This document shows positions 11,789-25,040 of a stretch of 64,000 nucleotides of DNA, piece after piece. The stretch spans positions 4,278,001-4,342,000 of the forward strand of contig OX597840.1 of the NCBI GenBank assembly GCA_951406725.2. The letters are read 5' to 3'. Position 1 is the first letter of the stretch, and every line of letters begins with the position of its first letter. The notes beneath the pieces are model-generated. The model ran no database searches. It had not been told where the DNA came from and saw nothing but the letters and a program-made list of their open reading frames with translations. The stretch is from Octopus vulgaris (lineage: Eukaryota). Position numbers and translations under genes: made by a program.

Positions 11789-12041
11789 TATATATATATA
11801 TACACATACACATAAAATACAAAATACAAAGTTACATCGTGATATCGCTAGTGATAAAAATACTCAAAATATATAACAGACTGGAATTGTAGGCCCGTCT
11901 CTTGCAATTTCAATCAATTGTATCTTGTCCTCCCTCTAGTATAGAAGTGTGGCTACAATCCAGCCTACCTCTACTTCTTTGGGGACATTTTTAAAGTGGA
12001 AATATGAAGAAAAGAGATGTTCAATGCAGCAGTCAACTCAC

Positions 12042-12266
12042 CTTGATCATACTCTGCAAGATCTGATTTTGTAGGAATAGTTGAAGTGACATTGTTGAAA
12101 GCGTTTTCGGACAGCAGGAAGGACTTGCCCCGTCCCCTGCGCATGTCACGGAATGTGAAGACCAAGTCATACAACTGCTCCTTGCATTGGGGCGTGCTGC
12201 AGCGCACCGTGAGGTCATAGATCCAGTTGGAAGAGTGCTTCTTAACAACATCACACAGTACATGGC
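12042..12266 (-). CDS. RANBP2: RANBP2 exon 12 (HVLCDVV...QLYDLVF...SFLL...DLAEYDQ)
   Basis: CAG acceptor, 225 nt, donor GTGAGT, phases 1/1. Confidence 0.92.
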
Positions 12267-13099
12267 CTGAAAAGAAACGGAAAGAGCAAGCTGTAGTAAT
12301 TCTGGTTATCAAACTGATGAGATTGCTGATATCAAAAATTAAAAATAAAAATAAAGTTTGATGACTGGCGTCCGTGCTAGCAGGGTGCAAAGAGCACCAT
12401 ATAAGTGTGATCATTGACAAAGCGGCTAACCGGCTTCCGTGCCAGTGGCACTTAAAAGGCACCATTCGAGCATGATTGTTACCAGCATCGCACTACCAGC
12501 ACTCGAGCCCCATGCCAGTAGGGTATTAAGAGCACCATCTGAGCGTGATCGTTGCCAGAGCGGCTATCTGGCCTCCCTGCCAGTGGCACGTAAAAAACAC
12601 CATGTGTAAAAGATTTGAGTGAGATTGTTGCCAGTCCCTCCTGACTGGCCCCGTGCCGGTGGCACGTAAAAGCACCCACTACACACTTGGAGTGGTTGGC
12701 ATTAGGAAGGGCATTCAGCCTGGTGCAGCCATCTGGTTCGTCAGCCCTCAGTCACACGTTCAACCCATGCTAGCATGGAAAGCGAACGCTAAACGATGAT
12801 GAGGATGATGGAAAGGATTAGCCTTAAATAGGCTTTACTTTTCGAAGAACGAGAGTATGGTATCTGTCATTAGTCGTTTCAGTTGTGAACTTTTTTTGAT
12901 CAGGAGTCAGTCATTTCTAAATATTCCCAAAGTCGACTGGCTGGCAACATGATGGAAATAACTGAGTAGTAACAATCATTTCTACTATAGGCACAAGGCC
13001 TGAAATTTGTGGGGAAGGGTTAGTCAATTACATCGACTCCAGAACTCAACTGGTACTTATTTTATCAATCCTAAAAGGATGAAAGACCATGTTGACTAG

Positions 13100-13642
13100 T
13101 ACGCTCACAGCAGCCATATTCCTACCGCTACATGTCATGCTGGTGAGACCCATATTGGAGTGCGGGATTCAAGCCTCTTCTCCTTATCTCCTCAAACACA
13201 TACAGCATCTCGAAAGAGTCCAGAAGCTGGCTACCCGCATGGTTCTTGGTCTCAAGAATTTGTCTTATGAGGAAAGGCTGAAGACGCTCAACCTTTATTC
13301 TCTAGAAAAACGACGACGCCGTGGTGATCTCATTCTTGCTCACAACATCATAAGCAGAAAGTGTAACCTCTCGAAAGAGCTGTTCTTCACTCCTGCTCCA
13401 GAGTGTCGGCTGCGGGATCATTCCGAAAAGCTCTATCTGCGACGATTTCATCTCAATCGAAGGAGAGGGGCTTTCTCCATCTGGGTTGCGGACCCGTGGA
13501 ATAAGCTGCCAGACGAGATGGTGAAGATGCCGACGACCACTCGGTTCAAAGTCTCCCTTGACCACCCTGTACATAACTCCATGTCACCCTACATGGCCTT
13601 GCTTTTTTGCTTTTTGAGCCAAAAAATCAACTAACTAACTAA
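13100..13642 (+). mobile_element. CR1-like LINE 3' fragment
   Basis: LVRPILE...LERVQKLATRMV.GL..LSYEERL..LNLYSLEKRR.RGDLI; (AACT)n tail. Confidence 0.88.
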
Positions 13643-13771
13643 ACCACTACATCAAGTGGCAAGATCAATACAGGAACTGCAAGGCTCCCAATAGCAAAAC
13701 CACGGACACCACCACCACCAACCATGCAAACAACAATACCAATTCTACTACAGAACGTAACGTTAACTCAC

Positions 13772-13943
13772 CAACTTGTGATAACCGGTAACAGCCCATC
13801 TTATGCAGGTACTTCACAAACAGCCTGTTTGTCAAGTCCCCTTGCAGGTACAAGTCAGAGTGTTTATCAATAGGACGGTAGCTTACGCTGGCCAGGTAGC
13901 ACAAAGTTGCAGCACCTTCAATTTCTTTCCAAGTTGATTGACC
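13772..13943 (-). CDS. RANBP2: RANBP2 exon 11 (GQSTWKEIEGAATLCYL...GCYRLSQV)
   Basis: CAG acceptor, 172 nt, donor GTGAGT; resembles human AALCYL...CDRLSQSG. Confidence 0.92.
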
Positions 13944-15328
13944 CTGAGTAAACAAAGAAATAGATACATGAATAAATCGGCATTACATTTGAGAGAGTAA
14001 TCTGAATGCTACTCGGTTAAACCTGTCTGAGAACACTCCTGGTTCTACGATACAAAACCTCCATACACACGCAAGCATGTATCTGACTCATACACTGTTC
14101 GCTTTCCAGACATTTGTACATTACTGCATATGCTTTATACGCACTTTTGACAAGTTGTGGTGCACCTGAGCACTATATACAATAATTTCATTATTATTAT
14201 TATTATTATTAAAATATCATCATGTAAGGTCCGTTGGTCCATGCTGGTATGGGTTTGATGATTTGACCAAAGCTGGCAAGCTGGGGAGTGGCACCAGACT
14301 CTAGTCTGATTTAATATGGTTTCTACAGCTGGATGCCCTTCCCTAATGCCAATCACTTTACAGAGTGTGCCAGGTGTTTTTTATGTGGTGCCAGCACAAG
14401 CACTCTTTGCACAGGGCCAGCACAAGCAGCTTTATACATGGCACTGGTATGAGGACTTAAGGCTGCAAGCTGGCAGAATCGTTAGCACACCGGGTGAAAT
14501 GCTAGGCGGTATTTCGTCTGCCGTTACGTTCTAAGTTCAAATTCCGCCGAGGTCGACTTTGCCTTTCATCCTTTCGGGGTCGATAAATTAAGTACCAGTT
14601 ATGCACTGGGGTCGATGTAATCGACTTAATACCTATGTCTGTCCCCTCTATGTTTAGCCCCTTGTGGGTAGTAAAGAAATAGGTATGAGAACTTGCTACG
14701 TGGTGCTGGTACAAGCACTTTCTACACGGCGCTGACACAAGTGCTTTCTATGTGGCACAAGTTCAAGTGCTTCTATCACAGGACTATTGCAGGCAAAACC
14801 TCTTCACCAGAGGGAGCAGCCGTAGCACTTCTGCTGTGGAGTATGGGTCTTCTTGAATACAGCAAGGTGCCAGGCATCTTAGTCCTTTGCCATCTTGTCT
14901 GTAAGGTTCAGCATTCTGAGGTCATCCTTCACTACTTTGCCTAATGCCTTCCTGGGTCTCCCACTTCCATGGGTTCCATCTACTTCGAGAGATGGGCACT
15001 TCTTTATGGAGCTATTGGCATCCATCCGCATCACACAACCAAACCACACAGCATCTAATTACTCTTATGCCTGACTTCTCTCTCAATACACTAGCACTGT
15101 CAAACAGGTGTTTGTTTATGCCTTAAACAGCAGTATAATAACAAAGTTATTTTACTAAATTCTATATTTTTTTTAAAAATTAACAGAAACAAAAGCAACG
15201 CAATTCATATGTTCTATTGCAGTGCTTCTCAACCAGGCCCTCTGAGGGGTTCATATAAGATTTTAAAATTTATGTGCAAGAAACTGGTTGCACGTCTCCA
15301 ATACACAAAATATTTTCAATGCTTTTTT

Positions 15329-15682
15329 TATCATCATCATCATTGTTCGACCGTGGTCGAGACAATGGAATTTACCATGCTACGCCAGACTTCATGGTCC
15401 ATCATGGCATTACGGAGGTCCTGTTGCTGGATGCCTGTATCCCTGGAGATTACATCAGGGTAGGAGAGTGTGCGCCCTCTGGCATTGTGAGTAGATGGCT
15501 TCCAGAGGAGGAGAGTAGAAATTACCTCTTTTTCAGCTCTACAACAATGTCCAGCAAACTGGACTCTCCTACCTTTCACAAGAGATGATACAGGTGGTAG
15601 TTTCCCATATATTTGCATTTAGCTCTCATAAGGAGGCAAGTGTAGGTTCCATCCAACCGCCTCTCAAGCTTTTTTTATACAG
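15329..15682 (-). mobile_element. RTE-clade LINE 3' fragment, same family as 18890-19383
   Basis: ORF 15340..15618 nearly identical to that copy; (GAT)n tail. Confidence 0.85.
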
Positions 15683-15847
15683 TTCCTAATATTCAATTAT
15701 ATAAAAAATATACGCGTTTTTAGACATCAAATGGCTATGAGGGTTCAACCAAGTAAAATAGGGATCAAAAGGGGTCCATAGGTAGGAAAATGGTTGAGGA
15801 CCACTGCTCTATAGGGAACAAAGAACTTAAGTAATAAACACTGACCG

Positions 15848-15879
<32 letters not shown>

Positions 15880-15961
15880 GAATTCCTACACAATCTGTCA
15901 GTCACTCAGAGAGACGAACACTAAGAAACAAGTATATATTACAAGCAAGCACATCGATTAC

Positions 15962-16091
15962 CTTAAGAGATCTCTTAAATAACAAACAGCCACAGAAAAA
16001 GAAGAAATATCCTTGCATTTCTGACAAAAATGCTGCCCATTGTGGTTGGTGGAATTGTAAACTGGCAACATTCAACAGCAGCTGGTCAAAC
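15962..16091 (-). CDS. RANBP2: RANBP2 exon 10 (FDQLLLNV...SEMQGYFFFFCGCLLFKRSLK)
   Basis: CAG acceptor, 130 nt, donor GTAATC; resembles human FDSAL...EMKGHFYMHAGSLLLK. Confidence 0.92.
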
Positions 16092-17422
16092 CTGAAATAA
16101 AAACAAATACCATTACTAGTGCATGCATATACAGCTGCGTGCGCACATACACGCGAGTACTGTCCAAATCTCCGACCAATCACATACAGCTAGCTGGCAT
16201 TCAATTGGCGTATCAAGTTTTGGGCATTTTGATTGGGTTTTGGATAGAAAATTCACAAAAAAGTCACTTCTATTGATTTTTTTAAGGGCTTTGCGGGGTG
16301 ACTGGGGAAGTGTAAAAGATGTGCACGATCACCCTTGGACGGTTTTGAATGACCATAGAAAGTGCGAGCCCTCTAACTGAAAAATTGTGATTTTGTATAA
16401 AGGACACGCACGCAGACATTTTGCCGTTTATATATATATATGTATATAATTGAATAAAATAGAAGCATACTGTAGTAATACTACCACCTTAAATATATAT
16501 ATCTTGATAATACTAAAACTCTAGAGATGTTTGTGTGTACTCGGAATATTTCAGAAATATCTTAATTTTGTTTGCATATTTATTTTCATACTTGCCTTAG
16601 GCAGTGCACTGCAAATTTTTGTGATATCTAGAACTCGATTCATTAAGAAAATTCACAAAAAAGTCACTTCTATTGATTTTTTTAATGGCTTTGCGGGGCG
16701 ACTGGGGAAATGTAAAGATGTGCACGACCACCCTTGGACGGTTTTGAACGACCATAGAAAGCGCGAGCCCTCTAACTGAAAAATTATGGATTTGTATAAA
16801 GGACACGCATGCAGACATTTTGCTGTTTATATCCCTCTCTCTCTTTCGGAGAGGTACTGAGCAGCTATATGCACACATACACACACGGCAGTAACTTCCG
16901 CCTACCGAATTTAATCACAAAGCTCCAATCGGCTCGGGGCTATAGTAGAAGACACCTGCCCAAAGTTATTTCTTTACTACCCGCAAGGGGCTAAACACAG
17001 AGGGGACAAACAAGAACAGTCAAATGAATTAAGTCGATTACATCGACCCCAGTGCGTAACTGGTACTTAATTTATCGACCCCGAAAGAATGAAAGGTAAA
17101 GTCGACCTCGGCGGAATTTGAACTCAACGCAATGCCAGACGAAACACGGCTACGCATTTTGCCCGGCGTGCTAACGTTTCTGCCAGCACACCTGCCTAAA
17201 GTGCCACACAGTGGGACTGAACCCGAAACCATGTAGCTAGGAAGCAAGCTCCCTAACCACACAGCCATGCCCGCGCCTATATAGAGATAAAGGATTCCTT
17301 AAAACCATTTTGGGAACAGCTGTTGTAAGCTACTGAAAGCCAATGTTTTGGCAATTTTTGATGGTTCTCAGCACTTTTCTGAATCCTAGGAAAAGGAATA
17401 GGAGGAGAGGAAGTGGACTTAC

Positions 17423-17562
17423 GCATGTAGAGCCTCTGTAATATCAGAAACATCTTTTGCTGGCAACCACAGCAGTAGCTGTTTGCAGTGGGCAAATATC
17501 TTGTGTGTGTAGACATTGATGTCTGTTGGGTGGTGTTCCATGTGGCTGCAGACATATGGAAG
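17423..17562 (-). CDS. RANBP2: RANBP2 exon 9 (LPYVCSHMEH...KDVSDITEALH)
   Basis: CAG acceptor, 140 nt, donor GTAAGT, phases 0/2. Confidence 0.88.
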
Positions 17563-17784
17563 CTGAAACAAGAATTTAAAGAATTTTTTAATATTTAATT
17601 ACATTATTAAAAAAACTTGAATTTTGTTTTTCCTTTTAGAAATTTTGAGAGAAATGAAATAAAATTGTTTTAACATTGAGACTTAAAGTAGATAAAGCTA
17701 TACTATACAAAAAAACAAAAAAATGCTTAGTTGTTTGACCATAACCAGTTGGGCATGTCCCTTAGTGGCTGACGATATGTGCAT

Positions 17785-18136
17785 CCCCTCCTCACCATGG
17801 TGGGGACGCTGGCAACGGGTAGTGTCAGAGCTATGCCGTCAGGAACTTCAGTTCCTGGTAGGGCCACCCAAGGCGGATTGGTCTGACACCAAGTGGTATT
17901 AGGGCCAGGACCAGACAGATGGGGCTCTGGTGAAAATCCTCGGAGTGTCTGCTTCGGCAACCGGTGGCTCCTCGGTCGTTCTGTCCCTGCGCCTGCGGAC
18001 AATCTGCAGCAAACAGGATGTCTTCACATGCGGGATTGTTGGGGACCACTTGTGAAATCCACATATTCTCATGAAACTTCTTCAATGAGTAGAAGAAGCC
18101 AACTCAACCCACCCAGGGTGAATATAGCCACAAGTA
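17785..18136 (+). mobile_element. RTE/BovB-like LINE 5' end fragment
   Basis: AGCTATGCCG...AGGGCCACCCAAG motifs as in RTE 5' UTRs; ends at VNIAT, like the start of an AP endonuclease. Confidence 0.55.
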
Positions 18137-18688
18137 CATCTCTGATTGTGAACAGGAGTAGTAGGGGAGCATCAAAGCCATGTGTTGAGAGGAATTCTTT
18201 GGGGTTTGAATAATTCACTTCTGGAAACATGGGTATTTCATTCGACATCCTTACACAACCCTTATTCAGAGACCTTTTGAGCATGATGGGCTACTGAACC
18301 TGAAGAAAATTCTAACTGGGCCCCACCTGCAAGGTCATGTACTGTTTATCTTGACATGATTTCACCATGTCACACACATAAGGTTGTGATGCATGTGCTT
18401 GGTGAACCCTTATCAGACGGGGAGTCATGATGGGTATGTTAGGTTTCGTATATTTGCACCCCAGTATTACTTTCATGGCATGTGCTGCTCCCTCAATAAT
18501 AATGGTTTCAAACTTTTGCAGCTTGCAAGCCTTACATGTATATAATGTTGTACATAGATATATACATAAGTGTAAAAGATGTGTATATTTCGAATTTGCA
18601 TAGCTTACATATTTTTTGAAACAAAATAATTATCCCAATAATAAGAAAAAAAGACAAAAATATACAAACAAGAAAATATTTGACTTAC

Positions 18689-18850
18689 TGAATAAAACTC
18701 AACAAGGTAGTCATACCAATCAACGTTGAAGTCAAAGATGTAGAGAGAGTCCACAGATACAGCATGGGCAATTGCAGTGTCGATCCGTTTGCTGTCCACA
18801 TACAACTTGAGTAGTTTAATACGGATATGTACATTCCCGGGTTTCTTAAC
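18689..18850 (-). CDS. RANBP2: RANBP2 exon 8 (VKKPGNVHIRIKLLKLY...WYDYLVEFYS)
   Basis: Within ORF 18605..18859; CAG acceptor, 162 nt, donor GTAAGT. Confidence 0.92.
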
Positions 18851-18889
18851 CTGTGACAAATATTAAAAAGATGAAATATTAACAAGTTC

Positions 18890-19383
18890 TTGGCAATACT
18901 AATGCATAAGATCTGGTCATCAAATCTAAGTAGAGACTTCAAACTTGAAATCTTCAAAGCCACAGTCGAACCAATTCTACTATATGGCTCAGAAACCTGG
19001 ACGTTATCAAAGAAGCTTGAGAGGCGATTGGATGGAACCTACACTCACCTCCTTATGAGAGCTCAAAATCTCTCGTGGAAGCGTCATCCAACCAAACTGC
19101 AAATATATGGGAAACTACCACCTGTGTCATCTTTTGTGAAGGGTAGGAGAGTCCAGTTTGCTGGACATTGTTGTAGAGCTGAAAACGAGGTAATTTCTAC
19201 TCTTCTCCTCTGGAAGCCATCTGCTCGCGATACCAGAGGGCGCACTCTCCTACCCTGATGTAATCTCCAGGGATACAGGCATCCAGCAACAGGACCTCCA
19301 TAATGCTATGATGGACAGTGAAGTCTGGCGTAGCATGGTAAATCCCATTGTCTCGACCATAGTCGAACAATGATGATGATGAA
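18890..19383 (+). mobile_element. RTE-clade LINE 3' fragment
   Basis: KIWSS..KLEIFKATVEPILLYGSETWTL...RRVQFAGHC; (GAT)n tail; begins about 40 bp from the exon 8 acceptor. Confidence 0.88.
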
Positions 19384-20029
19384 TGGATATGTATCTCTCT
19401 GTCTTGTCTTTCTCATACACATACTACAGATATGCATACATCATCATTTAAAATCTGCTTTCCATTCTAGCATGGGTTGGACGATTTGACTGAGGGCTGG
19501 CGAACCAGATGGCTGCACCAGGCTCCAATCTTGATCTGGCAGTGTTTCTACAGCTGGATGCCCTTCCTAACGCCAACCACTCCGAGAGTGTAGTGGGTGA
19601 TTTTATGTGCCACCAGCACGGAAGCCAGTTAGCCACTCTGGCAATGATCACATGCACCCATACACATACCTCTGCACAAGCGCAAGCACACACAAAGATA
19701 AGGGTTAGCAACAGGAAGGACACCCAGCTACCTCAACAAATTCCATTTGGGCCATGCAAACACAAAAAGTGGACATGAAATAATGACGATTTGAATTTAA
19801 AAGAAAAACGTTTCCATAAATTAACCTGATTTTCTTTTACCACACCTATAACACTGGTAGTTGACCATGTTAATAGAAGCTTCAATGCCATTATTTCATT
19901 CAGTTTGGGATTCTTTACATGTAGATTATACCTATTTCTTTACTACCCACAAGGGGCTAAACACAGAGAAGACAAACAAACGGATTAAGTCGACAGGTGA
20001 CTAAATGAGATTATCCATGAAATGCTTAC

Positions 20030-20098
20030 AAGTTCACTCTTGAAGAAGTTCTCCATCTCAGTTGGGTTGCCATCACTTTCGGAGTCAATGAGCTTTTC
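20030..20098 (-). CDS. RANBP2: RANBP2 exon 7 (EKLIDSESDGNPTEMENFFKSEL)
   Basis: CAG acceptor, 69 nt, donor GTAAGC. Confidence 0.9.
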
Positions 20099-20999
20099 CT
20101 GAAAAACACAAACAAGTCAGGCAGATGTAGTATGAACACCCACTGCAGAGTATGCAAAAAACGTAATATACACAGGGAACAAATGATTTAAACTGTATAG
20201 TGTGTATATCATTTATATAACCAGGACACTTAAATTATATATACATGTATCATCATCATCGTTTAACGTCCGTTTTCCATGCTAGCATGGGTTGGATGGT
20301 TCAACTGGGGTCTGGGAAGCCAGAAGGCTGTGCCAGGCCCAGTCTGATCTGGCAGTGTTTCTACAGCTGGATGCCCTTCCTAACGCCAACCACTCCGAGA
20401 GTGTAGTGGGTGCTTCTTGCGTGCCACCTGCACAGGTGCCAGACAAGGCTGGCAACAGCCACAATCAGATGGTGCTTGGCAACGGCCACAATCGGATGGT
20501 GCTTTTTACGTGCCACCACCACGGAGGCATCCTTTAATGTCGGTTTTCCATGCTGGCATGGATTGGACAAAATAACATAACATTTGGAGAATCCAGGCAA
20601 ATATCATTTGATTTTTTTTGTTCACCAATGCCAGCATGGAAAATGGACATGATGGTGATGGTATGTGTATAATTCGAGTGTCCTGGATATATATCATATA
20701 TAAATGGTATACAAAATATGCAGATCAAATTGTTTGCTCCTTAGATATATTTCACCATTGTTTTATACACACACAGGATAGGCCGTAAGTCATGGACAGA
20801 TTAAGTTCAATACACTATGGAAATTGTCAAAGACAAGCTTCAATTTTTCTAAAATTGAATAAAATAAATAAACTAATAATGAACAAACATGGTGTATGAT
20901 GAACAAAATGTATTTAAATTAGATTTTAATTTAATTATTCAATGTCTAATGCTTTGGAGCATGACTTTTGGCCCACCTTGTGTGTGCGTATATATATAC

Positions 21000-21240
21000 A
21001 AACACGCAGACAGACACAGAAACAGACAGACAGACACACATACATACAGACAGACAGACACACATACACAGACACACATACACAGACAGACAGACACACA
21101 TACACAGACAGACAGACACACATACACAGACAGACACACATACACAGACAGACAGACACACACACAGACACATGGTCAGACAGACACACACACAGACACA
21201 CAGACAGAGAATGCAGACACACAGGCAGACCCACACACAT
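21000..21240. repeat. (CAGA)/(CA) microsatellite
   Basis: Direct inspection. Confidence 0.9.
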
Positions 21241-21559
21241 ATGCTTGCTCTAGATTACCTCACTGACAATAAATTTTACAGAAAATTCTAACCTGTGGGA
21301 AAATCAGACATAGGTAACAAAACAAAAATTGGGAGAGAGAGAGGGAGAGAAATAAAAAGAGTGTGTACGTATGTTTGTGTGCACATGCGAGTGTGTCCAC
21401 AGCCAGGTGTATTTATGTGTACAGTAAAAAGTAAAAAAAAAAAAAAAGTGCTGCTAGTTATGTTTGTGTCCTGTAAATTGGCAATTCTACAAATAAAGAC
21501 CAATAAAAGAAGTAACAGTGTCGAATATAATCAACCAAACCCACATTCATGCATGTGAA

Positions 21560-22105
21560 GTGGAGGCATTAATCCATGTCTAGCCAACGTTTGCTTGGAG
21601 TACATGGGAAATTTCCGGTATCCATCCATTTCTGCGACCCACTAACCCTGGGAGGATCATGGTGGGGTCGAGTTCTCAGGTACCTCCTCCATAGGTTCCT
21701 ATCAGAAGCAACGGTCATTACAACCGCTGGCTGGATTCTCGAGTGTGACCAATTGAGACATTGGCCGCTATCTAGCCATCGCATTATTATTCTACCCCAG
21801 TGCTTTTCAAACTTTTTGCTGGAGTGGAACCCCAAGGAAACATTCCACTGGCTCGAGGAACCCCTGTGCAATAGTTTAATAGTCTTATACACACATATCT
21901 GCACAAGAGACTTAAAAATTACTACCGATTTTAGCAGTTTTGTAACTTCTTGCAGAACCCCTGCACTGTACTGGCGGAACCCTGGTTGAAAACCACTGCT
22001 CTACCCCAAGCTCTCCTGCCATTTGGCTTTGGCTTGAAGAATCTGTCTTGTGAAACTTTCCTGCTGCTTTATAAACCAAAAGTCTGTGGGTATTGCAGCT
22101 GCTGC
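21560..22105 (-). mobile_element. RTE-like LINE fragment interrupted by a hAT-like MITE (about 21797-21998)
   Basis: MRWLD...ASDRNLWR remnant; MITE matches 62116-62318. Confidence 0.55.
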
Positions 22106-23722
22106 CTCTCCATCATCATTTAGCATCCATTTTCCATGCAGGTATGTGTTAGACGGTTTAATCGAAACAAGTAAACCAGAGAGCTTGGTTTCTACAGCTG
22201 GTTGCCCTTCCTAACACCAACCACTCCGAGAGTGTAGTGGGTGCTTTTACGTGCCACCGGCATGAGAGCCAGTTAGTCACTCTTGCAATGACCACATGAA
22301 CCCATACACATACCTCTGCACAAGCGCGTGCACACACAAAGATAAGGGTTAGCAACAGGAAGGACACCCAGCTACCCCAACAAATTCCATTTGGGCCATG
22401 CAAACACAAAAAGTGGACATGAAATAATGACGTTTTGAATTTAAAAGAAAAACGTTTTCCAATCAACCTGATTTTCTTTTACCATGACTATGACACTGGT
22501 GGTTGACCATGTTAATAGAAGCTTCACCAGCCACAAAAAATGCCAATGGTCTTGGTCACTTGTCATTGCGTCTATGAGACTTAACGTCTGAAAATCAGGC
22601 TTCAACGCAGAGAAATATCGAAGTCAAAGTCCATTTTGTCTTTCATCCTTCCGAGGTCAGTCAGTTAGTCCAAATAAGTCCTGAAGTTTACGTAACCAAT
22701 CACATCTCCATAGAAGGTGCAGTGCTCCAGCATGACCTCGGTCCAATGACGGAAAGCAACAAAAGAATACACACACATGTAGATACACCTACACACAAAT
22801 AACTCTACACCAATTAACAAGCAGGTCAACACAAATACATCTAAGACTGTACTACGAAGCCAGGATTGAAACCGCGGTCTTTTGATTAGCTGCTATGCTA
22901 CCTAGGTAGCTAGCACATCACCTTGTCCCACATCCACTCTTTGCCCCCCCCCCCCTTAACATGACTATTTTACAACAGAACATTTTCATATTCTTTTACT
23001 TGTTTCAGTCATTTCACTGGCCAAGCTGGAGCACCACCTTTAGTCGAGCAAATCGACCCCAGGACTTATTCTATTGGTCTCTTTTTGCCGAACTGCTAAG
23101 TTATGGGAATGTAAACACACCAGCATTGGTTGTCAAGCAATGGTGGGGGGACAAACACAGACACACAAACATATATATACATTACATATATATATATACA
23201 TATATATATGATGGGTTTCTTTCAGTTTCCGTCTACCAAATCCATTCACAAGGTTTTGGTCGGCCCGAGGCTACAGTAGAAAACACTTGCCCAAGGTGCC
23301 ACGCAGTGGGACTGAACCCAGAAGCATGTGGTTGATAAGCAAGCTACTTACTACATAGCCACTCCTGTGCCTATATATATATATGTCCAACCCATGCTAG
23401 CATGGAAAGCGGACGTTAAACGATGATGATGATATATATATATATATATTTCAGGTTTGTAGCATTCAGGTCGGTAGCTTTATAAGTTCTAAAATTGCAG
23501 ATTAATTTGTCAGTGAGCAGTTTAGCTAAAGCACTTGACTGGTAATCAAAGGGATGTGAGTTCAAGTCCCATGGCTGGTTGCTGACAAATTTTCCTACTT
23601 TCTATGGATATCTCATCCAGTCGCTGCTGCTCTATCAGCATTTATGCATTTGAAAATAAATTATCTTATTTGTATCTCACAATACACATTTCAACACTTC
23701 CAAAACAAACAGTTTGTTTAAC

Positions 23723-23759
<37 letters not shown>

Positions 23760-24248
23760 GCCTGCTCGCTTAGCCAGCGGGGTGGCGTTATTCGAAGGCT
23801 AAAACAATGCGAACGCATTGTGACCAGTGATGTGTAACAACATCTGATGGTCTGGTCGGTCACGTGATATATATATATATATGTATGTATGTATATTGAT
23901 TTCAAATTTTTGGCACAAAGCCAGCAATTTCAAGTGGGGTAGTATAAGTCAGTTACATCGACCCCAAATGTTCAACAGTTACTTATTTTATCGACCCACA
24001 AAGGATGAAAGGCAAAGTCAACCTCGGTGGAATTTGAACTCAGAAATTGAAATATGGTTAAGTATTTTGCCAGGTGTGCTAACAACTCTGCCAGCTCATT
24101 GGCTTAAAGTTATGCAATACATATTGATTTCAACTGGCACAATGCCAGCAATTTGCGGGAGAGGTGAAGGGTGGGTGGGAATAAGTCAGTTACATTTACT
24201 CCGGCACTTATTTTACGTAATATATATATTAACAACAAACACACCAAC

Positions 24249-24308
24249 CTTCAAATGAAATACCACTTCACTGCCTTGGACAACACTTTCAGCTTTTTCA
24301 ATCCAATA
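24249..24308 (-). CDS. RANBP2: RANBP2 exon 6 (YWIEKAESVVQGSEVVFHLK)
   Basis: AAG acceptor, 60 nt, donor GTTGGT; resembles human YWLERAAKLFPGSPAIYKLK. Confidence 0.88.
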
Positions 24309-24436
24309 CTTTAAAAACAAAAGAAATAAAGTTTATGTTTATATGTAGAAGGTGACGCTCCATGACTAAAGCAAACAAAATTACAAATTTACATTACATG
24401 TGTGACTGAGTATGTGTTCACATATAATATAAACTT

Positions 24437-24472
<36 letters not shown>

Positions 24473-24669
24473 TATACACACACAGTAATCCCTCAACTAT
24501 TGCAGGTGTTACGTTCCAGAACCCTAAACGATAGGTGAAAATCCGCAAAGTAGAAACAGTACTGTATATTTTTTTCTATCATTTTTATAATTTGTATATT
24601 TTTTATTTTTATTTTTTATTTTATCTAGTTTCAGCTCACGAGCTGTGGCCATGCTGGGGCACCGCCATT

Positions 24670-25040
24670 TGGTGTTGCTACATGATTTTACTTCACGAAT
24701 GCTTTTTAGCAATTGGCATTTGGTGCATGAGAGAGTTCGATGCAGCTGCCCTCATCTGCACCTGCTGCCGTGAAGTTGGTTCATCTGGGACACCTGACAG
24801 AAAGAGATCCAGTTTTATCTTAAAGACATCTGCATCCACCCCATGCAGGTCTCTCAGGAGGATATTGAAGAGCTGTGGACCTCTGAAGCCCAGGCTATCA
24901 CAGTATTTTGTCCTACATCTTGATGGCAAATTTGGAGTCCTTGGCACTATGCAGTGGCGCCCAGTTCTGGCACTTGTGTAACTCTCGATGCCAAAGTTTG
25001 GGACAAGTCCTTCTAGGATATTCCAGATGTCCATATATTT
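24670..25040 (-). mobile_element. CR1/L2-group LINE C-terminal fragment
   Basis: IWNILEGLVPN...SLGFRGPQLFN.L...FKIKLDLFLSGVPDEP. Confidence 0.75.
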
